A DNA stretch of 64,000 nt from a bacterium (GTDB lineage: Bacteria; B130-G9), in assembly GCA_035527515.1 (NCBI GenBank), contig DATLAJ010000114.1, forward strand, positions 7,994 to 71,993. Direction: 5' to 3'. The stretch's first letter is position 1; each line of letters starts with the position of its first letter. Positions 47,101-53,627 of the stretch are shown one piece after another. The notes beneath the pieces are model-generated. The model searched no databases, was not told the DNA's origin, and worked only from the letters and a program-made list of their open reading frames with translations. The translations under genes were made by a program, and so were the position numbers.

Positions 47101-47840
47101 CCCCCTCCTTCCTCGGCCAAGTTGCCAGCTATGGTGCAGTTCCTGATTGTGGGCGATCTCTCGTAACTCCAAATCGCACCCCCCTCTGGCGCGGAGTTAT
47201 CGCAGATGAGGCAGTTGGCAAATAGGCCATCGCAGGCGCGAATCGCACCACCATACGCGCCGATATTGCCGGAGATGACGCAACGAACGATCTCACCCCG
47301 ACAATCATAGAGGGCCCCACCGCCTGATGCCTGATTCCCGGCAATCCAGCAGCCCTTGATTCGACCGTCGCAGCCACAAAACCCGCCACCCGAACTTGCA
47401 GTGTTGCCGTAGATGATACAATTGTAGATCGAAGCCATTGAATGGGGTCCATCCTCCAATCCGCCGAATATCCCACCGCCATTGGTCGCTGAGCCGTTTG
47501 TCATCGTAAAACCCGAAAGCAAACACGCCTCGTCCTCCGCGCCCGAGAACTCGACCACTGAGCCGAGCTGCCGACCGTCGATGATCGTCGCCTCAACTAC
47601 GTCCCAATCCTCAGAATCCATCGATCTCAGGACGATATTCTTGCCCTTGAACCCCACGTTCTCATAGTAGGTGCCCGGGTGGACGATGATGGTGTCGCCA
47701 TCCACGGCGGCATCGATCGCGTTCTGAATAACCGTGAAGTCGCCCGTGCCGTCCTGATTGACGTGATACTCGGCCGCAAGTGTGGGATAAGCAAGAAGGA
47801 GAGATAAGCAAAGCACAGTGATTTGAATAAGTGCTTTCAT
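41190..47840 (-). CDS. giant (2216 aa) secreted multi-module beta-helix repeat protein with Ig-like and ~115-aa accessory domains
   Basis: Signal peptide MKALIQITVLCLSLLLAYPTLA. It contains three copies of the module EYHVNQDGTGDFTVIQNAIDAAVDGDTIIVHPGTYYENV + GGG-IYC beta-helix coils + DPMFVPGPFGDYYLHPNSPCIDAG cap, two Ig-like domains (PIAHIDSILPNPA..., PVAYIDSISPNPA...) and two C-terminal copies of the FCSLNADEFAAGD...LPDGS domain. Confidence 0.8.
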   Translation of the reverse strand: MKALIQITVLCLSLLLAYPTLAAEYHVNQDGTGDFTVIQNAIDAAVDGDTIIVHPGTYYENVGFKGKNIVLRSMDSEDWDVVEATIIDGRQLGSVVEFSGAEDEACLLSGFTMTNGSATNGGGIFGGLEDGPHSMASIYNCIIYGNTASSGGGFCGCDGRIKGCWIAGNQASGGGALYDCRGEIVRCVISGNIGAYGGAIRACDGLFANCLICDNSAPEGGAIWSYERSPTIRNCTIAGNLAEEGGGIYEFSGKIFNSIVWGNWAPEGPDVYPDDSSFTSFNSCIGHWEASGAGNISDDSLFVDAVDGDYHLSAYSPCIDTGSNSYVAGLRDVEGGPRIANRIVDMGAYEYPVGCYVYVEADRQTYGTGETAKLSIHAGSSDTERQVDVYAAIEVPGGQLFFIPSLSADMTPWIADVSLGPESAFVDTFGYELSDTALEGNYTVYSAVYEHGSMDSSAMLTDLSQTSFICHSDRPITYEVKENGSGDFKSIQKAIDAARDGDTVIVHPGTYYENIQFGGRNVTLRSTDPSDSDIVSATIIDGQELGPVVAFDGTEDETCQLAGMTITNGWSEYGGGVWGASKWTHHAKASILNCAIESNSAECGAGIAACDGLITECAISNNCAGEYGGGLYGCQGIIQRCSVFINTGHDGGGLAGCHGEIISCEIIGNGALFDGGGFYQCSGRIAGCTIDDNWTYAGADTDVGGGGLARCHGLIEDCIISNNSAEGDGGALFVCKATVLNCTITGNRADFGAGLYRCNGTISNCIIWADNATPGHEMYSCDATITYSCIRNWTGEGNISDDPMFVPGPFGDYYLHPNSPCIDAGSQSAEEAGVSDRTTQADGTPDSGTVDMGYHYPIPGVPIEAEVFCSLNADEFAAGDVLQGFMSVENRGADVVVDIFAAIVLPDGSMVSLTQDGFGVGIWPWYSDLILPSGFAAGPEMVFELVIPAEAAPGSYTFLTAVSRAGTGSLGILSVDQCPFQIYEAVGSHYYVDGQLGDDSYDGSEGSPWKTINRSLRYGGAEADPITIHVAAGSYAASTNGEIFPLNMKSWVSVVGDSAENTILDGEMYSRHIFYCINVTGATIERLTITGGTGSHWDYEHEENGGGGIYSCNSDLKILDNIITENGASETSFSSGGGIYCRYSATEVRNNVIENNHAQFGGGISSIGAESRIVIEANIIRGNRVQSQGAGINAANPIIENNLIIGNNVGWGKAGGIYCGSFGGFSTVIDNCTFKGNYSGWGADAIENEDGRIDVRDCIFIGQTNHNIGTPTYCCVWQGYGLYSGEGNIECDPMFTTGPFGDYYLDPESPCIDAGSMSAEEAGLSDRTTQDDCTPDTGTVDMGYHYPIPAGERPIAHIDSILPNPATQHMDTIRFVGHGTDTDGAVQRHEWSSDLEGILSTNNRFSYPASWLELGSHIISYKVRDNLGVWSEAATEKLVIEAQFPRPVAYIDSISPNPAIYGRDTIEFRGHGTDKDGGIEAYQWSSNLDGVLSSEKSFQKPAAGLSLGTQTISLRVQDDDSQWSEPATERLVIWAEGTQHLYVNGQACDDLGDGSLNAPFKTISCALGLAVVSQTSPAVIHVAAGTYSATTNGEIYPLTMRSLVSISGAGADTTILDGEYSAYHIIRCIDVENVIVEDLTMTGGSAYGESEADQSGGAVYCVNSSLRIQSNIITDNHAVNGGAIYCRDSAPDIISNTISDNASRDYGAGICCVESSPTILYNTISFNDVYGSGGGVYCEGDSSPLIEQNTILNNWAYQFGAGVYCEQSSPIISSNTITYNIVYPPGTDIGGGGGICCKYSSPTIMDNTIANNHGCTFGGGILCDESSPLISGNIISTNDTDAGGIGGGICCENDSSPTIEANTITGNSSWGNGGGIYCEHSSPTIVENEIRSNSVWDDGGGMYLSQSSPTISGNTITDNRADKHGGGIHCALSSPTISNNLIIGNEVYGRFGFDGGGIYCSSHSSPSITNNTIVGNSAAESGAGGGIYSEREGNPTIEACIIWGNDDDLSGCSTSYCCIKDGNEGEGNIYGDPMFVPGPFGDYYLHPNSPCIDGGDRWSHEAGVADRTTQADGTPDTGTVDMGFHYPIPGAPIEAEVFCSLNADEFAAGDLMQAYLEVVNEGPEMTVDAFVGFILPDGSIICLVEEGFGFGLWPWAVDWVLPTGFSFGPEMVFELSVPHVEPGSYIYAAALAESGAIGSNFISVDSVPFTITGTVR

Positions 47841-47875
47841 AGTGAATTGCTCCTATCTCTTAGGTTTGCGTGAAC

Positions 47876-49924
47876 TCAACCGCCACTAATCGTAAACGAA
47901 CTCACTGACGTGCGTAAGAAGGCCTGCTCCCCCGTTTGGGAGACCGCGGCGGCATAAGCGCAGTCTCCTGGGGGAGCATTGCCGGGCACGGTTAGGTCCA
48001 GTATCTTCAGAGGGTCTATGGTGGCGTTGCAGTCAAGAAAGACCGACGTTGCGAAGGGGAAGATGCCGAAATAGGCACCATCCGGCCCAATACAGAGGAC
48101 GCTCCCGTCGGGCAGAATCAACCCTATATAAACGTCCACTACGACTTCAGAGCCATGGTTCTCCACGCTCAGGTATGCTTCGAGGTCATCCCCTGGGCCG
48201 AATTCGTTGTCATTAAGGGAGGTCTGGATGGTCACGGCGAAGATGGGATAGTGGTATCCCATATCGACGGTTCCTTTGTCGGCGCCTCCGTCGCTCCGGG
48301 TGGTGAGCTTGTCCAGGCCGAGGTTCTCGGCCGTGTCGCTGCCGGCGTCGATGCAGGGGCTATCCGCATCCTGACCCGCCGTCAGGGAGGACAGATAGTA
48401 GTCACCCAGTGGCCCAGTTGCGAAGACCGGGTCTTGGCTGATGTTGCCAACGCCGCCTTGCGTCCAGTTTTGAATGCAGCTGTAAGATGGCGTGCAACGG
48501 TCCGGCCCCACTTCCCCTGCATCGCCGTTGCCCCAGATAATGCAGTTGGTGATGGCGCCTGTATGGAAGTAAACGCCGCCGCCGTTTTCTGCTGCCGAGT
48601 TGTGAGCTATTGTGCAGTTCTGGACCATCCCCTGGCAATGGCCCAGGCCACCTCCCGCGTTGTAGTCAGCAACATTATTGATTATCAAACAGTTCTTGAT
48701 CTGTCCGTCGAAGTCGTATATACCGCCTCCACAACCCATGTCTGCGAAGTTGTCCCTGATGACGCAGTCTTCAAGCGTTCCAGAGCAAGAGTCCAAGCCC
48801 GCTCCCATCCACGACACGTTACCGGAAATCGTGCAGCCCTTGATAATTCCATGGCAATCGCAAAGGCCGGAGCCAGTGTTGTTGCTTATTGTGCAGTATT
48901 CTATGTTTCCCACCCATACGTGTATCCCGGCACCGTCCGTGCTAGAGAAGTTTCCTGTCCAGTTATCGTCTATAAGGCAGTTTAGAATGTCTCCTTCACA
49001 ATCATACATCCCCCCTCCTGTAAAAACGGCTGCGTTGCCGGTAATCCGGCTATTGGCGATATTGCCTCTCCATTGGTAAAGACCGCCCCCTGCTCCCTGG
49101 ATGCCGTTGTCGCTGATTACACAATTATCGATGCTCCCAGTGCTTTCGGATAGCCCACCCCCGTCTCCGTATTCTGTCCAGTTCGAGAGTATGGAGCACC
49201 GGGCGATCTCTGCACTGCAATCATGGAGACCTCCACCGTCATGGCTCGCGGAGTTCTGTTTAACTGTGCACGCCACCATGCTGCCCTCGAACCTGAAGAG
49301 CCCGCCACCGCTGCCATCCGCCGTGTTTCCGATTATGAGGCAGTTTTCAAGGCTGCCACCAAAACACTCGGCGAGACCTCCGCCCCATCCCGCTGTGTTA
49401 TCCCTGATTGTGCAGTTCTCTATTGTCCCGCTGCACCACATCAGGCCGCCGCCTGACGCGCCAACGGCCCCAGCCGCAGTGTTCTGCGTGATCACGCAGC
49501 CTGTAATCGAGGCTTTCGTATGAGGCGCGTTCCATTTGCGGGCGCCGCAGATTCCACCGCCGTAGCCGTTCTTCCCGTTTGTGATCGTAAAACCCGAAAG
49601 CAAACACGCCTCGTCCTCCGTGCCGTAAAAGGCAACAACTGGGCCGCTCTGGCCGCCATCGATGATAGTGCTCTCGACGCAGCCTGCGTCTTCAGGATCA
49701 ACGGAACAGAGCACGATATTCTTGCCCTCAAAACGGACGTTCTCGTAGTAGGTCCCCGGGTGGACGATAACGATGTCGCCATCAATTGCGACATCGATCG
49801 CGTTCTGAATGACCGTGAAATCGTCGCTCCCGTCCTGATTGACGTGGTACTCCGCCGCAAGGGCCAGAATGCCGATGCAGTGCAGAATAACGAATACAGC
49901 CAGACCTATTGCTAGCATTCTCAT
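47876..49924 (-). CDS. secreted beta-helix repeat protein, paralog of the giant's N-terminal module
   Basis: The first ~75 residues are near-identical to the giant: AAEYHVNQDGSDDFTVIQNAIDVAIDGDIVIVHPGTYYENVRFEGKNIVL. It has beta-helix coils with conserved Cys, the DPVFATGPLGDYYLS cap, and the C-terminal accessory domain IQTSLNDNEFGPGD...LPDGS. Confidence 0.8.
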   Translation of the reverse strand: MRMLAIGLAVFVILHCIGILALAAEYHVNQDGSDDFTVIQNAIDVAIDGDIVIVHPGTYYENVRFEGKNIVLCSVDPEDAGCVESTIIDGGQSGPVVAFYGTEDEACLLSGFTITNGKNGYGGGICGARKWNAPHTKASITGCVITQNTAAGAVGASGGGLMWCSGTIENCTIRDNTAGWGGGLAECFGGSLENCLIIGNTADGSGGGLFRFEGSMVACTVKQNSASHDGGGLHDCSAEIARCSILSNWTEYGDGGGLSESTGSIDNCVISDNGIQGAGGGLYQWRGNIANSRITGNAAVFTGGGMYDCEGDILNCLIDDNWTGNFSSTDGAGIHVWVGNIEYCTISNNTGSGLCDCHGIIKGCTISGNVSWMGAGLDSCSGTLEDCVIRDNFADMGCGGGIYDFDGQIKNCLIINNVADYNAGGGLGHCQGMVQNCTIAHNSAAENGGGVYFHTGAITNCIIWGNGDAGEVGPDRCTPSYSCIQNWTQGGVGNISQDPVFATGPLGDYYLSSLTAGQDADSPCIDAGSDTAENLGLDKLTTRSDGGADKGTVDMGYHYPIFAVTIQTSLNDNEFGPGDDLEAYLSVENHGSEVVVDVYIGLILPDGSVLCIGPDGAYFGIFPFATSVFLDCNATIDPLKILDLTVPGNAPPGDCAYAAAVSQTGEQAFLRTSVSSFTISGG

Positions 49925-50147
49925 GTCCCGATTCTCCTTCTATATTGCTGAGTTCGCCGATCCAACTCCTCTGCCATTAGGTCCATAGATTCTCAAAACC
50001 AGCCAGCTGTTCTATGGGCATACGCCATCTAAAGCCGACGAAACCTAACTTAGCGCACATTTTGACACCAGAAAGATACAAAGAATACAGTAAAACAGAG
50101 ACCAAAACAAGCGCGCCATGTCCAGCGTCCACAGCTGCGACGAGGCT

Positions 50148-51020
50148 TCAGCGTCCTAGATTCTCTGTGTCTCTGTGTCTCTGTGGTGAGATGAGGGACC
50201 GGAAAGTTCTTAAATTGCATTCGTCGTCGCAGCTGTCGTCAACAGGCGTCTCGAGTATGAACGGCAGGTGGGCAAGTTTGGGGTGATTGACGATATTGCG
50301 AAAGCCTTCCATGCCGATATTGCCCATCCCGATGTGGTAGTGCCGGTCAACATGCGAGCCGAGCGCGACCTTCGTGTCGTTGACGTGGACGACCTTGAGC
50401 CGATCGATACCGATGAGACGGTCCAGCTCATCCAGCGTAGACTCGAGCCCGTGTGCGGCTACAACGTCATATCCGGCGGCGAACGCGTGCGCCGTGTCGA
50501 GGCAGACGTATAACCTGTCGGCAGACTTGCAGCGCTCGATGATGCGGGCGAGCTCGGCGACGGTGTGGCCAATAATATGGCCCGAGCCAGCGCTGTTCTC
50601 AAGCAGAAGCGGCGCATCATATTCCTGGCTCAATACCTCGTCGAGACCTCTGGAAACAGTCTTGAGTGCGTCGTCGAGATCGCGGCCGCGGGCGGAGCCG
50701 ATGTGCGTGACGACGAACTGTGCACCGAGATGGTCGGCCCTTTCAAGCGAAGTTTTGACCGCACGCCTGGACCGCCACGCGAGTTTCGGGTCGGGGCTTG
50801 CCAGATTGATCAGATACGGCGTGTGGACGACGACAGCCTCGATGCCATAATCCGAGACGAGGCGGCGGAATGTCTGCGCCTCGCCGTCGTCCAAATCCTT
50901 AACGCGCCATCCTTTGGGGTTCTGCGCGAATATCTGAAGCGCGTTACAGCCCAGCTCGTGCGCCCTCTCAACGGCGTTGTAATACTTGCCAGCAACGGAG
51001 AAGTGCATCCCGACAATCAA
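50148..51020 (-). CDS. nfo: endonuclease IV (AP endonuclease, xylose-isomerase-like TIM barrel)
   Basis: MIVGMHFSVAGKYYNAVERAHELGCNALQIFAQNPKGW, HTPYLINLASPD and HIGS match Nfo metal-binding blocks. Confidence 0.8.
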   Translation of the reverse strand: MIVGMHFSVAGKYYNAVERAHELGCNALQIFAQNPKGWRVKDLDDGEAQTFRRLVSDYGIEAVVVHTPYLINLASPDPKLAWRSRRAVKTSLERADHLGAQFVVTHIGSARGRDLDDALKTVSRGLDEVLSQEYDAPLLLENSAGSGHIIGHTVAELARIIERCKSADRLYVCLDTAHAFAAGYDVVAAHGLESTLDELDRLIGIDRLKVVHVNDTKVALGSHVDRHYHIGMGNIGMEGFRNIVNHPKLAHLPFILETPVDDSCDDECNLRTFRSLISPQRHRDTENLGR

Positions 51021-51074
51021 AGTTCCAGGTCCCTCGCAATCTAAACCATTTGCAATCGATAGCGCTTCTCAATA

Positions 51075-52043
51075 GTGTATTATGATGCACGTATTATTCG
51101 CATCGACATCTTATTAACCCCAGCGAAGGAGGCAAGCGCCATTAACAGGAGAACCTTTCTCAAACTGGGCGGGATATCTACGCTGTGCTCGTTATTTGCG
51201 CCTCGTTTAGTGAGACGGGCAGCGGCGCAGAGTGACCAGCCCAACTATTGGGTGGGGAGCAAGTATTTCATTCAGGACACGGTAGAGACGAGCGATCTGC
51301 CGGAGCGCATCTGGGCCAGGATCAACGGCGCATGGCACGTTTATCCCTCGAGGGAGCTGCCGGAGGCGTTTGTGGACTGGAACCTCAGCTCGAGGGTCGG
51401 GATGCTCCAAGACATGCTGAATGGCGTGATGCCCTCTCACTACGACGGCCCTCACAACGCCGCGGTCGCAACCTATTCGCGATTTGGGCGAGGAGACAGC
51501 GAGTTTCAGGTCAACAACGCGTATAAGGGGATGGGCATGGTGCCCAAACCTGACCGTATCGAGGAGGTCATCGACCGGCTGAAGATGACGGAGGGGCACA
51601 CCTTGAATGCGAAGGTGCAGATACTGATCGACAACTACTCAGACGAGACGATATGGGACAGGAGCAAGCAAGGCTCTCTGGAGCTTTACAGCTCGTCGGC
51701 CTTTGAGACGCACAGCTTCAAGAACCAAATGCGCAACCCCATCTCGACGGTCGCCTTCTTGGATTCCACGTCTTACGAGCTCAGGACGATCACCAGGCTC
51801 TTGCACCACAACGACCCGACTCTTTCAGAAGACGAACGCAACATGTTAGAATACATAAACGCCGTCCATGCCTACTTCCATGGCGGGTCGACCGATAACA
51901 TCGTGGCCGTCTATTACGTCATCGAGGTCTTCGACAACTCCCCTGGCCCATCCCATGCAGGGCACAGAGTTGTTCCGCCGCTAGACAGGTCAAGAGGAGC
52001 CTCGCTGCCTAAAGGCCGGAAGCCTGAGGCGCTCGGCTACTAA
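51075..52043 (+). CDS. Tat-signal hypothetical secreted protein
   Basis: Twin-arginine motif INRRTFLKLGGISTLC near the N-terminus. No recognisable catalytic motif. Confidence 0.5.
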   Translation: MYYDARIIRIDILLTPAKEASAINRRTFLKLGGISTLCSLFAPRLVRRAAAQSDQPNYWVGSKYFIQDTVETSDLPERIWARINGAWHVYPSRELPEAFVDWNLSSRVGMLQDMLNGVMPSHYDGPHNAAVATYSRFGRGDSEFQVNNAYKGMGMVPKPDRIEEVIDRLKMTEGHTLNAKVQILIDNYSDETIWDRSKQGSLELYSSSAFETHSFKNQMRNPISTVAFLDSTSYELRTITRLLHHNDPTLSEDERNMLEYINAVHAYFHGGSTDNIVAVYYVIEVFDNSPGPSHAGHRVVPPLDRSRGASLPKGRKPEALGY

Positions 52044-52068
52044 TCCAAAAGATTCTAAGGAGATAGCA

Positions 52069-53130
52069 ATGTCCAAGATAATCATTGTCGCTTGCTCGAT
52101 TCTCGCAGTGCTGGCCGTTCAGTCGGTCAGCTTGGCGCAGAGTGCGCGAGTGGAGGTTACGACTGACAGTGCCTCGTATTACTTTGGCGATACGGGAGAG
52201 GTCATACTATCTGCGACCAATGGCGATACTGAGCTCGCGGTGGACTTCTACCTCGCGCTGCTCGCGCCGGACGGCGCGCCCTACTTCTTCCCCGGATGGG
52301 GCAACGCCATGCAGCCTGCCATAAGTGGCCTCGTGCTTCCGCCTCACTTCTCGACGGGGCCGTTCGTCTATTTCACGTTCCCGATTCCCGGAGGCAAGCC
52401 GCCCGTCCTCACAGACGGCACGCACGCGTTTGCGGCCGCGTTCATGGCGGCTGGCTCAACTGACCTCACTCAGGGCATAAGCTTCGCCTACTTCGACGTC
52501 TCATCCGAGTCGCAAGGCTGTCCGCCTGGGATGGTGCGCATTCCCGCCGGGCCGTTCGCAATGGGCGACACGTCAGACACGGGCTACAAGGACGAATACC
52601 CGCTCCACGACGTCTATCTCGACTCGTTCTGCATCGACACATACGAATACCCCAACAACGTGGGCGTCGTCCCCAACTCAGGACTCAGCTGGATTGAGGC
52701 CGAGTCGCTGTGCACTCAGCAGGGCAAACGGCTCTGTTCTGAGTCGCAGTGGGAGAAGGCCTGCAAGGGGCCGCTAGGCTCCATCTACCCTTATGGCGAT
52801 TGGTATGATGGCGTCAGATGCTGGACAGAGATGGGCTACAACGACGGCCAGGCAGGCGAATCCGGCGGCCGGAGTCGCTGCACGAACGTCTATGGCGTGT
52901 TCGACATGAGCGGCAACACTTGGGAGTGGGTGAACGACTTCTACGACGCCGAGTATTACAGCTCGTCGCCCGCTGAGAACCCGACGGGACCACCTGTCGG
53001 CGCCACCAGCAAGGTCATGAGAGGAGGCGCTTGGTACCACGGGGGCCTGGCCACACGCTGCTCCTTCCGAGGCGCATACGACCCCGAGCGGGGCCGCTTT
53101 GCCGCGGGCGTCCGCTGCTGCGCCGACTGA
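52069..53130 (+). CDS. secreted formylglycine-generating-enzyme (SUMF1/FGE-sulfatase) domain protein with N-terminal ~115-aa accessory domain
   Basis: Signal peptide. N-terminal VEVTTDSASYYFGDTGEVILSATNGDTELAVDFYLALLAPDG. C-terminal FGE blocks RIPAGPFAMGD, YPNNVGV, GVFDMSGNTWEWVND, RGGAWYH and GFRCC. Confidence 0.75.
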   Translation: MSKIIIVACSILAVLAVQSVSLAQSARVEVTTDSASYYFGDTGEVILSATNGDTELAVDFYLALLAPDGAPYFFPGWGNAMQPAISGLVLPPHFSTGPFVYFTFPIPGGKPPVLTDGTHAFAAAFMAAGSTDLTQGISFAYFDVSSESQGCPPGMVRIPAGPFAMGDTSDTGYKDEYPLHDVYLDSFCIDTYEYPNNVGVVPNSGLSWIEAESLCTQQGKRLCSESQWEKACKGPLGSIYPYGDWYDGVRCWTEMGYNDGQAGESGGRSRCTNVYGVFDMSGNTWEWVNDFYDAEYYSSSPAENPTGPPVGATSKVMRGGAWYHGGLATRCSFRGAYDPERGRFAAGVRCCAD

Positions 53131-53627
53131 GCACGCGCCTTGTTTAGGCGCGGCTCACGAGCCGCCGTTTATCCTGAAGGGGTTACCCCAATAATCAAGT
53201 TGAGCGGAACTGACCCAAATCAGATTGACTTGTGAGGAGGGGGCGAAGGGAGATTTTTGGGGCAGGCCAGGTGGTTTTTCGGGGTGTCAGTCAAAGGATG
53301 GTGTGTCGGTGGGCGCAGATTCGGTGATCTGGGGCAGATGACGCCTGCTTTTGACGCTTCGTCGCATCGAGGTCGAGATCGGATTAAGCCCTAAGGATTT
53401 CAAGTACTATGCTATCGCGGACGGGCTGAAGGAGGTACTGAGCTCCACAATGAAGCCTTGTCGCGATCCAAAGCCGCCTCCCGTCCCCCCAGATGACTAT
53501 CTGCTTCGCGCCAACTGGAGGGGGCTGGCCAATGTGAATACGAAAACTCCTCAAGAAAAAGGATTGACAAGAAAGAGGTACCCAGCTAGCATGACTCTTT
53601 ATAGTTTGTGAGGGTGACCTGCTGGGA

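Noticed and set aside
48155-48985. 276-aa plus-strand ORF, and similar + ORFs at 43590-44126 and 45096-45680
   Set aside because: All lie antisense to the beta-helix genes. Their mutual similarity reflects the intragenic DNA repeats, not real paralogous proteins.
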